Assembly: GCA_046758365.1 (NCBI GenBank) | Contig: JBHIAC010000060.1 | Coordinates: forward strand, 1-17,586 | Source of the DNA: a bacterium | Lineage (GTDB): Bacteria > Zhuqueibacterota > Zhuqueibacteria > Oceanimicrobiales > Oceanimicrobiaceae | Direction: 5' to 3' | DNA: 17,586 bases | Shown here: in pieces, positions 8,984-16,702 of the stretch | How positions within the stretch are numbered: the first letter of the stretch is position 1 | How the letters are laid out: each line of letters starts with the position of its first letter | Position numbers and translations under genes: made by a program | The notes under the pieces: generated by a model | What the model saw: only the letters and a program-made list of their open reading frames with translations | Databases searched by the model: none | Told to the model about the DNA's origin: nothing

Positions 8984-10090
8984 ATGGAAATTTTCAAAGA
9001 CCATGACTTGGTTTCAGATTTTAATTTTACAGAAATCAAATATCAGCTAAAACCATGTCTCGATCCTCAAGGCCAGCCTGTGCAGGGATTATTTATCGCT
9101 TGGATTATTTTGAACAACCCGGAGCAGCTCAATTCCTACACCACCCAAATGGTTAAGGAAGTCATCATGGCTTTTCGAACGGCTTCCAATGCGCGTAATG
9201 TGGTGGCCGTAGTTTTTACAGGTGCGGGCGAGCAAGCGTTCTGTACTGGTGGCAACACAAAAGAATATGCCGAATACTATGCTGGTCAGCCCGAGGAATA
9301 CCAACAATACATGCGGCTGTTTAACGATATGGTGACTGCCATCTTACACTGCGACAAGCCCGTGATTTGTAGGGTCAACGGCATGCGGATTGCTGGGGGC
9401 CAGGAGATTGGTATGGCCTGCGATTTTTCCTTAGCCAGCGACCTGGCTGTTTTTGGCCAGGCCGGCCCTAAGCATGGCTCGGCTCCAGATGGAGGATCTA
9501 CCGACTTCCTGCCTTTGTTTGTCGGCATTGAAAACGCCATGATGAGCTGTACCCTGTGCGAGATTTGGAGCGCCCACAAAGCCTACCGACTTGGACTTCT
9601 TACTGAAATCGTTCCGGTTTTGAAAAGAGATGGTCAATTCATCTCGAATCCGCTGGTCATCACAGACCGCTGGATGGATGAAATGGGTAAAATCGTGTAC
9701 GGAGAATTTCGTGTAGGCGAGGAAAGACAAAAAGCTAAGGCACTTATCAATCAATGTGAAAAGGATTTTTCCCTTTTAGACAAAGCTGTCAATAATCTGA
9801 GCACTTCTCTGATGATGACGGTGCCCGGCTGTCTGACCAAAACCATCGATTCTTTACGAAAACACAAGTTAGAGCACTGGGACCGCAATCGGGAGAGCAA
9901 TCGCGCCTGGTTGGGTTTGAATATGATGACAGAAGGGAAGGCCGGGTTTAAAGCTTTTAATGAAGGGGTTAAGGGGCATCGAGAAGTGGACTTCATAAAG
10001 CTGAGACAATTATTGGCTCAGGGACATAGATGGGGGGACGATTTAATTGAAGCCGTAATGCCACCACGAAAAGAAATAGCAAAAAAATAA
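8984..10090 (+). CDS. oah: 6-oxocyclohex-1-ene-1-carbonyl-CoA hydrolase, ring-opening (Oah/BamA/BzdY)
   Basis: Crotonase fold with NSYTTQMVKEVI, FCTGGNTKEYAEYYAG, RVNGMRIAGGQEIGMACD, GQAGPKHGSAPDGGSTDFL, NRAWLGLNMMTE; 368 aa; AGGAGA RBS just after the had stop. Confidence 0.95.
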   Translation: MEIFKDHDLVSDFNFTEIKYQLKPCLDPQGQPVQGLFIAWIILNNPEQLNSYTTQMVKEVIMAFRTASNARNVVAVVFTGAGEQAFCTGGNTKEYAEYYAGQPEEYQQYMRLFNDMVTAILHCDKPVICRVNGMRIAGGQEIGMACDFSLASDLAVFGQAGPKHGSAPDGGSTDFLPLFVGIENAMMSCTLCEIWSAHKAYRLGLLTEIVPVLKRDGQFISNPLVITDRWMDEMGKIVYGEFRVGEERQKAKALINQCEKDFSLLDKAVNNLSTSLMMTVPGCLTKTIDSLRKHKLEHWDRNRESNRAWLGLNMMTEGKAGFKAFNEGVKGHREVDFIKLRQLLAQGHRWGDDLIEAVMPPRKEIAKK

Positions 10091-10216
10091 GAAATCGGAG
10101 GTGGGCAAGATTTTATTTTTATAAGAAGTTTGGCCGAAATGCCCCCCGATTTTCCTTATAATATTTATTGAGGACATATAACGTTAAAGCGTTGCACTCC
10201 TTTGATAAAAAATCTA

Positions 10217-10409
10217 AATGATTATGCAGAGATTTCAGCTCTGAGCGGCCTAAATTATAAAATCTACAAAAGTTAAATCTGAGCAGACTAAAATTATCTA
10301 AACCGGATTGGGGAACTAAATTTATTCAAATCAGTTGGGTTTTTCTATCCGTTGGAAATTAAATAATTGAGCTTCATAAAAATCTAGCCGATTTGTTTGC
10401 ATAATCATT
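10217..10409. mobile_element. MITE-like element (193 bp) with 12-bp TIRs and 8-bp target-site duplication
   Basis: AAAATCTA|AATGATTATGCA (10209-10228) ... TGCATAATCATT|AAAATCTA (10398-10417). The IR continues imperfectly inward (TCAGCT/AGCCGA). No ORF in the track. Confidence 0.7.
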
Positions 10410-10432
10410 AAAATCTAAATACGGATTAGACA

Positions 10433-10876
10433 TTGGATTTTACTATTCGAAAAATTATAGCTTCGGACAGCCAAGCAATCATTAATATAGATGCTATTCA
10501 TTCTGGTCAAGCCAAACCAGATTACTGGCAGGAACGACTCAGACCGTTTATAGAAATGACTAACAATAAACACCTCACATTAGGCTATGTGGCTGTGACT
10601 GAAGGTCAAGTGATTGGCTATATTTTGGCCGAAGGCCGGGCCTGGGAATTTGGCTCCCCTCTCTGCGGCTGGATTTTTGCCATTGGTGTAAACCCCAAGT
10701 GCGGCCGCCAAGGCGTAGGCTTGACCCTGTGCCGGGAAGTCTGTTTGAAGTTTAAATCCCTAAACATAAACACAGTTCGAACCATGGTGCGAAAAGATGA
10801 TGTAGATTTACTTAGTTTTTTCAGGGCATCGGGCTTTCGAGCCGGACCTTTTATTGAGCTTGAGTTAGAGCTTTAG
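10433..10876 (+). CDS. GNAT N-acetyltransferase, BadL-like
   Basis: Acetyl-CoA loop GRQGVG; GRAWEFGSPLCGWIFAIGV and RTMV...SFFR..GF.AGPFIELE resemble GNATs found in benzoyl-CoA clusters. TTG start, weak RBS. Confidence 0.85.
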   Translation: MDFTIRKIIASDSQAIINIDAIHSGQAKPDYWQERLRPFIEMTNNKHLTLGYVAVTEGQVIGYILAEGRAWEFGSPLCGWIFAIGVNPKCGRQGVGLTLCREVCLKFKSLNINTVRTMVRKDDVDLLSFFRASGFRAGPFIELELEL

Positions 10877-10925
10877 TTTAAAAAATTTAACCATACTTCT
10901 CCGTAAAACAAAGCAAGACTGAACA

Positions 10926-11423
10926 TTGATTAGAAACATTTTAGAATTTTTCGATTCAAAAGAAATTGTAAGTTATTTTTTCAAAAAACAATTTCCAAAT
11001 GAGATTATACGTTTCATCAGTGCTGCTACCTATTTTACAACTAAAGAAAAGATTTTCACAGGATGGACTTTTGCAAGATTGTTACAGCGTCGTGTAGTAA
11101 TGATTGTTTCAAATAATCGCATTATAGTTAGATCTGTCTTTTTTTCATTGTGGACAATTTTTTATATACTATTGGGAGCTTATAGTCTTAACAATTGGTT
11201 TTTCATAAGTCACCGTTTTGAATTACTGATAATATTTTTTATTTGTGTTTACCATTTATACCTAAGGCGACCATTTTTTAGAGATATCCAAATTAGTGAA
11301 ATAGTGCATTTAAAAGTTGCAGAAATTCAAGGCTTTTTCGGAAAATTTTCAGCAATAACAATAATTTTATCTGGCGGGTCAATACAATTAGTTCCATTTC
11401 AACTGTTTAATTTAGTTTTATAA
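10926..11423 (+). CDS. Hypothetical membrane protein
   Basis: 165-aa ORF in very AT-rich DNA where stops are frequent; two hydrophobic segments (VFFSLWTIFYILLGAY, FELLIIFFICVY); co-oriented with the operon. No family recognised; start uncertain. Confidence 0.5.
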   Translation: MIRNILEFFDSKEIVSYFFKKQFPNEIIRFISAATYFTTKEKIFTGWTFARLLQRRVVMIVSNNRIIVRSVFFSLWTIFYILLGAYSLNNWFFISHRFELLIIFFICVYHLYLRRPFFRDIQISEIVHLKVAEIQGFFGKFSAITIILSGGSIQLVPFQLFNLVL

Positions 11424-11448
11424 GGCATTGATAATCGAATGAATTAAT

Positions 11449-12222
11449 ATGAGCGAATTTAAAAAAATAAAATTGAATTTATTTCATAATAATCAGGTCT
11501 TGAATCTTACCTTGAACGCCCCAAAAGGTAATGTACTTGACCGAGAGATGATGACCGAACTTACCCAGGCTATCCAACAGGAAGGACAAGGATCCTCGGT
11601 AAAAGCACTCATTTTTCAAGGTGAAGGGGAACACTTTTCATTTGGCGCCAGTGTTCCTGAACATCAAAAAGATTTTGTTGGGGAGATGCTGGAAACGTTT
11701 CATCAATTATTTAGAACCCTAATCGAAACCAGCAAGCCGACCTTTGCGCTGGTTCGAGGCCAGTGCCTGGGCGGTGGGTTGGAACTGGTCGCTTTTTGCC
11801 ATTGGATTTTTGCCTCGGAAGAGGCTAAGTTTGGCCAACCGGAAATCAACTTAGCGGTATTCCCACCCGTGGCTTCGTTGATTTTACCGCATCGTATTGG
11901 TCAATCAGCCGCGGATGATCTGGTGCTGAGCGGTCGCTCGATTTCAGCGCAAGTTGCTAAGCAATTGGGATTAGTTTATTCGGTTTCGGCAGACCCTCAA
12001 AATGAACTAAACGAATTTATCTCAAAACATATTCTACCCAAAAGCACTGTGGCTTTACAATTCGCAGCAAAATCCTCTCGCTATGAAATGCATCAGGCTT
12101 TTTTAAGAAGTATAGAGGCTGTTGAAAAAATGTATGTACAGGATTTAATGGCAACGGAAGATGCCAATGAAGGCATTCAAGCGTTTATGGAAAAACGCAG
12201 GCCGGTGTGGAAAAATCGTTGA
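11449..12222 (+). CDS. dch: Cyclohexa-1,5-diene-1-carbonyl-CoA hydratase (Dch/BamR/BzdW)
   Basis: Crotonase with LNAPKGNVLD, HFSFGASVPEH, GQCLGGGLEL, FGQPEINLAVFPPVAS, DANEGIQAFMEKRRPVW; context of had/oah/bcr. Confidence 0.9.
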   Translation: MSEFKKIKLNLFHNNQVLNLTLNAPKGNVLDREMMTELTQAIQQEGQGSSVKALIFQGEGEHFSFGASVPEHQKDFVGEMLETFHQLFRTLIETSKPTFALVRGQCLGGGLELVAFCHWIFASEEAKFGQPEINLAVFPPVASLILPHRIGQSAADDLVLSGRSISAQVAKQLGLVYSVSADPQNELNEFISKHILPKSTVALQFAAKSSRYEMHQAFLRSIEAVEKMYVQDLMATEDANEGIQAFMEKRRPVWKNR

Positions 12223-12232
12223 GTTATTATTT

Positions 12233-12359
12233 GACAGGATTTTCAGGAATTTAAACTAAACCCTAAGTTGAACGATTTTTGTAGAACAATTAAACTTTAG
12301 GTTAAAACACAAAAGTCAATCATTTAATTCTAATCCTGTTAAATCTTGTAAATCCTGTC
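12233..12359. repeat. Inverted short-period repeat element (GACAGGATTT family)
   Basis: GACAGGATTTTCAGGAATTT (12233-) pairs with AATCCTGTTAAATCTTGTAAATCCTGTC (-12359); 10-bp perfect outer IR, 9-10-bp internal periodicity. Confidence 0.7.
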
Positions 12360-12377
12360 TAAAAAATAATATGGACT

Positions 12378-13100
12378 ATGATTTCAATTGATTTCAAAAA
12401 TCAAGTAGTAGTAATCACAGGCGGCAGTGGCGGTATTGGTCAAACAACCGCAAGGATGTTCGTTGATTCTGGTGCGCAGGTGGTTTGTGTAGATTTACAG
12501 CCTCAGCCAGAGTTCTTGGAAAAATGCCGTTTTTTGAAAGCCAATGTTTCCAATTTTGAAGAGGTACGTCGTAGTGTCGAAAATATCCTCACCGAAGAAA
12601 AAACCATCGATTGTCTCATCAACAACGCAGGAATCTCTCAAGATGCGACGGTCTGGAGTATGACCGAGCAGCAGTGGGATGCGGTATTAAATGTAAATTT
12701 AAAAGGGGCCTTTAATTTTATTCATCATGTAGCGCCGCATTTCAGGGAAAAACATCGTGGAAAAATCGTTAATGTATCTTCCATCAATGGGTTACGAGGC
12801 AAGTTTGGATTGGCCAATTATGCGGCATCCAAGGCCGGGTTAATTGGACTCACCAAAACCGTGGCCAAAGAATTAGGGCGCTACCATGTGAATGTCAATG
12901 CGGTCGCCCCTGGGCTCGTAACCACGCCGCTCACCCAGAAACTTCCCGAAAAAATTTTAAATGATTCGTTAGCCGAAACCGTTCTTGGACGGCTGGCCAC
13001 ACCCGATGACATTGCGAATGTGATTCTTTTTCTTTGTTCAGACTTGGCAAGACACATCACGGGTGAAGTGATTAAAGTTGATGGTGGGCAGTATATTTAG
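12378..13100 (+). CDS. Short-chain dehydrogenase/reductase (FabG/3-oxoacyl-CoA reductase-like; possibly BzdZ-like)
   Basis: TGGSGGIG, NNAG, NVSS, YAASK, VNAVAPG, ITGEVIKVDGG; Asp at the end of beta2 (VCVD) suggests NAD(H). Confidence 0.9.
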   Translation: MISIDFKNQVVVITGGSGGIGQTTARMFVDSGAQVVCVDLQPQPEFLEKCRFLKANVSNFEEVRRSVENILTEEKTIDCLINNAGISQDATVWSMTEQQWDAVLNVNLKGAFNFIHHVAPHFREKHRGKIVNVSSINGLRGKFGLANYAASKAGLIGLTKTVAKELGRYHVNVNAVAPGLVTTPLTQKLPEKILNDSLAETVLGRLATPDDIANVILFLCSDLARHITGEVIKVDGGQYI

Positions 13101-13224
13101 ATGATTTTATATAAACGCTGAGTAAGTCAGGAATTTAATTCCTTTTTTCAATTGAGTGACCATGAATGCAATTCATAATCGAGCAAGGTTCATATTTCAA
13201 TAGAAACACACGGAGATAACAGAA

Positions 13225-14397
13225 ATGACACAGACCCTAAAGGTGTTTGACGGCTGGCAAGGCAAATCCCTGGATGAAATCTTAAGCCTCTGCCGGGACT
13301 TGATCGAGGATCCAGAGTACCCAACTGTCCGCCGCTGGCGAGAAGCCGGCGGGAAAGTGATCGGGCATTTTCAAGTTTATTTCCCGGAAGAGATTGCTCA
13401 TGCGGCCGGACTGCTGCCGCTCAAAATCTGTGGGGCGCAAGTCGAGGGGATGGAATCCGAATCGCATTTTGGTTCCTACCTCTGCTCGATCATTAAGACC
13501 TCGCTGGAACTTGCTCTGACCAGGAAGATTGAACTGGACATGTTCGTCACTCATCCCATCTGTGATGCGGCTAGAAATCTCGGGGCCATTTGGGGACGAA
13601 ACTTTCCTTACAAATGCCAGATACTCTATTTACCACAAAACCCCAATTCTAAATTCTCGGTGACATATCTGCGTAGCGAGTACGAACGGCTAAAAGGGGA
13701 CCTCGAAACGATAGCGGGTCGTAAGGTGAGCGACGATGACCTGCGACGTTCGCTGGCGGTGTACAACGAAGGTCGGGCGCTCATGAGAGAACTGTATGCT
13801 ATCAAAAGGGATACACCATGGTTGATCGCCGCTGACGAAGCTTTCGTTCTGGTCGCTCTCGCAGGATTCCTTCCAAGAGATGAATACAACGATTTTATGC
13901 GAACTATCTTATCAATGATCAGGGTACGCCCAGCCAAAAAGCAAGATAAGATGAGAGTAGTCTTTGAAGGTGGGTTTTGTGAGCGCCCCCCTCTGGACCT
14001 ATTGCAAACCATCGATCAGTCTTGCTACGTCGTGGACGATGATTTGATGATTGGACTCCGCTGGATTCTTGAAGATATCCCACTCAAAGGGGACCCCTTG
14101 TACAACCTAGCCGAAGCCTATATAGAAAAATCCTCTTACAGTCCAGTACAGCACGATCTACGCAAGCCCAAAGAAAAGATGCTTCTTGACCGTTTCAAGA
14201 AATCAGAAGCTGAGGCAGTGATTATAACCGCGGCCAAAATGTGCGAGCCTGGATTGGAAGAGCAGGTGGCCTACAGCAAAGCACTGGATAACGAAGGTAT
14301 TCCTTATTTCATCAGTGAATTCGAAGAAAACCAGACCACCTTTGATCACCTTGAGATTCAACTTGAAACCTTTGTGGAGAATCTTCTTTTTAGTTGA
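13225..14397 (+). CDS. bcrC: Benzoyl-CoA reductase subunit C (BcrC/BadD; HgdB/FldC family)
   Basis: [12 protein letters not shown]; three Cys motifs [48 protein letters not shown]; 390 aa; GGAGA RBS. Confidence 0.88.
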   Translation: MTQTLKVFDGWQGKSLDEILSLCRDLIEDPEYPTVRRWREAGGKVIGHFQVYFPEEIAHAAGLLPLKICGAQVEGMESESHFGSYLCSIIKTSLELALTRKIELDMFVTHPICDAARNLGAIWGRNFPYKCQILYLPQNPNSKFSVTYLRSEYERLKGDLETIAGRKVSDDDLRRSLAVYNEGRALMRELYAIKRDTPWLIAADEAFVLVALAGFLPRDEYNDFMRTILSMIRVRPAKKQDKMRVVFEGGFCERPPLDLLQTIDQSCYVVDDDLMIGLRWILEDIPLKGDPLYNLAEAYIEKSSYSPVQHDLRKPKEKMLLDRFKKSEAEAVIITAAKMCEPGLEEQVAYSKALDNEGIPYFISEFEENQTTFDHLEIQLETFVENLLFS

Positions 14398-14410
14398 TGG
14401 AGAATGAGCA

Positions 14411-15712
14411 ATGAAACAGGAAAAACAAAGTAATAAAGAAGAACTCGTTGGGCGGGGAAACCGCGATGGTGCCAGACTTTTTCGTGAATGGTTCATTCAA
14501 TTGACAAATGTGGCTGAACAAGGAGGAAGAGCCGCTTACGTATTCGTGATGGGAAGCCTTAACGAAATTCTGAAGACGTTTGAATTCCCTGTGGTGTTTC
14601 CAGAAATAAACTCCCTGCAGACGGCCGTCAGGAAGGTGGCCCCTGAGTTCCTAAATGAGGCTGAAGACTACGGTTACTCCCCGGACATCTGCGGATACGT
14701 TAAAGCTGATGTGGGTGTACAACTTAAAGGAGGAGAGCACCCGATGGGGAAGATACCCAAACCGTGCCTGGGGGTATTGACGAACGCTTGCAACACCTAT
14801 ATAAAATGGGCTGAAATCTGGGAGCGAATGTACCATATTCCCATCTTTACCATCGACATCCCCGCAACCAGAGCAGCAGGAACCCAAACCTGGCAAGGCG
14901 ATTCTAACTTTGTGAGCGATCGCCGATACGTGGCGGAACAGATCAAGGAGTTAATAACCGTTTGTGAAGAAGTTACTGGTAAAAAATTTGACATCGATAA
15001 GTTCAGAGAAGTCCTGAATTACGCAAACGATATGAGTCGTGGATGGCGCAGGGTTCTCGAACTGAACCAAAAATGTCCTTCTGTTTTTAATGCCCTCACA
15101 GACGGTACAATATTTCTTGGTGTGGTCAACGGCTTTCGAGGCACCGCTGCTGGTAGTGGCTATTTTAAAGAGCTCGTGGAAGAGATGGAGTACAAATCCA
15201 CCAAACGCATAGGAACCTTAACCGAGGAGAAGTTTCGACTCATCTTTGTAGGAGTTCCCTGTTATCCCATCTTCCGTCGGTTCAACGAATTTTTTACGGA
15301 ATGGGGTGGTGTTTTTGTGCATTCTACATACCTCTGGTTCGCTGCTGGAGGAACCAATCTCGGATTTGAGTATGATCTGGAAAATCCGATTGACAGTCTT
15401 GCCGAAGGTCTATTAATCAGTGTGCGCGATGCTATGGATAGTATGTTTCACCAAGAACAGGCAATAATCTCCATAGCCAAACCTTACAAGGTGGATGGTG
15501 TGGTCTATCATCCCATAAAGAGTTGTCGGACGGTCTCCACAGGTCTCGCCGACGGCCGAAGGTTCTTGATGGCTAACAAAGACATCCCGACCCTCTTTTT
15601 TGAATCCGATATGATGGATCAAAGGGTAGTTTCTGAGGCACAGATGAAAAACAGGATCGATGCCTTCTTTGAGGGGTTGATTTCACGACAGCAATTGGCG
15701 GAGGTTGTATGA
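14411..15712 (+). CDS. bcrB: Benzoyl-CoA reductase subunit B (BcrB/BadE)
   Basis: FPEINSLQ, AEDYGYSPDICGYVKADVG, NACNTYIKW, HPIKSCRTVS, ESDMMDQRVVSEAQMKNRIDAFFE; 433 aa; follows bcrC. Confidence 0.9.
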   Translation: MKQEKQSNKEELVGRGNRDGARLFREWFIQLTNVAEQGGRAAYVFVMGSLNEILKTFEFPVVFPEINSLQTAVRKVAPEFLNEAEDYGYSPDICGYVKADVGVQLKGGEHPMGKIPKPCLGVLTNACNTYIKWAEIWERMYHIPIFTIDIPATRAAGTQTWQGDSNFVSDRRYVAEQIKELITVCEEVTGKKFDIDKFREVLNYANDMSRGWRRVLELNQKCPSVFNALTDGTIFLGVVNGFRGTAAGSGYFKELVEEMEYKSTKRIGTLTEEKFRLIFVGVPCYPIFRRFNEFFTEWGGVFVHSTYLWFAAGGTNLGFEYDLENPIDSLAEGLLISVRDAMDSMFHQEQAIISIAKPYKVDGVVYHPIKSCRTVSTGLADGRRFLMANKDIPTLFFESDMMDQRVVSEAQMKNRIDAFFEGLISRQQLAEVV

Positions 15713-15888
15713 AGCAAATACTTCGGAGATTCTAAAACTGAGATAAATGTTGAGAATTAAGTAGATATAAGGGAGATGAAAGCAATTCTGTTACCTTTTA
15801 CCCCTAATTCCTTATACGTATGTACCTAAAACATTACTCAAAATTTATTCACTTAACGAGAAGCTAAATCCAAAATAGGAGAACAAAC

Positions 15889-16701
15889 ATGTCATACGTG
15901 GCGGGTGTAGACGTCGGGTCCACCCAGACCAAAGCTATCATCCTTAATGAGGCTAAGGAAGTAATAAGTCGTACTCTCATCGACACAGGCGCTAATGTAT
16001 CAGGCGCCGCTGTAAAAGCCTATCAAAAGGCTCTTGGTTCTGCCAATTTAGGAGATGAGGAAGTAGAGTACATTATTGGTACTGGCTATGGTCGTTACAA
16101 AGTAACCTTTGGCAATAAACAAGTAACAGAAATCAGTTGCCATGGTCGGGGAGCGGTCCATACGTTTCCTGCAACCCGCACCGTCTTAGATATGGGAGGC
16201 CAGGACAGTAAGGCTATTCGGGTTGGGTCCGAGGGTGAGATTATCGATTTCTGTATGAACGACAAGTGCGCGGCTGGGACAGGGCGATTTCTTGAGGCAG
16301 CTTCAATAGCGCTTGACATCCCTCTTGACGATCTTGGCCCCACCGCTCTACAAGCAGAAAAGCCCGTTAGGATTAGTACTACCTGTACCGTTTTTGCCGA
16401 GTCTGAGGTGATATCTTGGCTCGGTAAGGGTAAAAAGGTTGAAGATATCTTATGGGGTGTTCATCAGTCCATTGGAGCACGAACCATCGGTCTTTTGCGG
16501 AGGGTTGGAATTGAGGAGGAGATTACCTTTACAGGTGGGGTTGCTCTAAACGTAGGAATGATCCGTGCGCTTGAAGAAGGAATGAAAATGAAATTGAATG
16601 TGAGTGAAGAGTCCCACTTCATGGGAGCACTGGGGGCAGCACTCTTTGCCCTGGACCATATCATCGCCAGCAGAAAACCTACCACAAAGGAGGTATATTA
16701 A
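15889..16701 (+). CDS. ATP-binding [4Fe-4S] activator subunit of class I benzoyl-CoA reductase (short BcrA-like; HgdC/ASKHA family)
   Basis: [63 protein letters not shown]; 270 aa; AGGAGA RBS. Confidence 0.9.
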   Translation: MSYVAGVDVGSTQTKAIILNEAKEVISRTLIDTGANVSGAAVKAYQKALGSANLGDEEVEYIIGTGYGRYKVTFGNKQVTEISCHGRGAVHTFPATRTVLDMGGQDSKAIRVGSEGEIIDFCMNDKCAAGTGRFLEAASIALDIPLDDLGPTALQAEKPVRISTTCTVFAESEVISWLGKGKKVEDILWGVHQSIGARTIGLLRRVGIEEEITFTGGVALNVGMIRALEEGMKMKLNVSEESHFMGALGAALFALDHIIASRKPTTKEVY

Positions 16702-16702
16702 T

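Noticed and set aside
10092..10152. Imperfect IR AAATCGG...CCGATTT after oah
   Set aside because: Only 7 bp perfect with a long loop; not a convincing terminator or element.
13128..13176. Small AT-rich hairpins before bcrC (AGGAATTTAATTCCT + T run; ATGAATGCAATTCAT)
   Set aside because: Stems are weak and could be chance; not enough to call a terminator or operator.
13225..15712. Alternative call as 2-hydroxyacyl-CoA dehydratase for amino-acid fermentation
   Set aside because: Co-location with had, oah and dch plus two distinct activator subunits favours benzoyl-CoA reductase.
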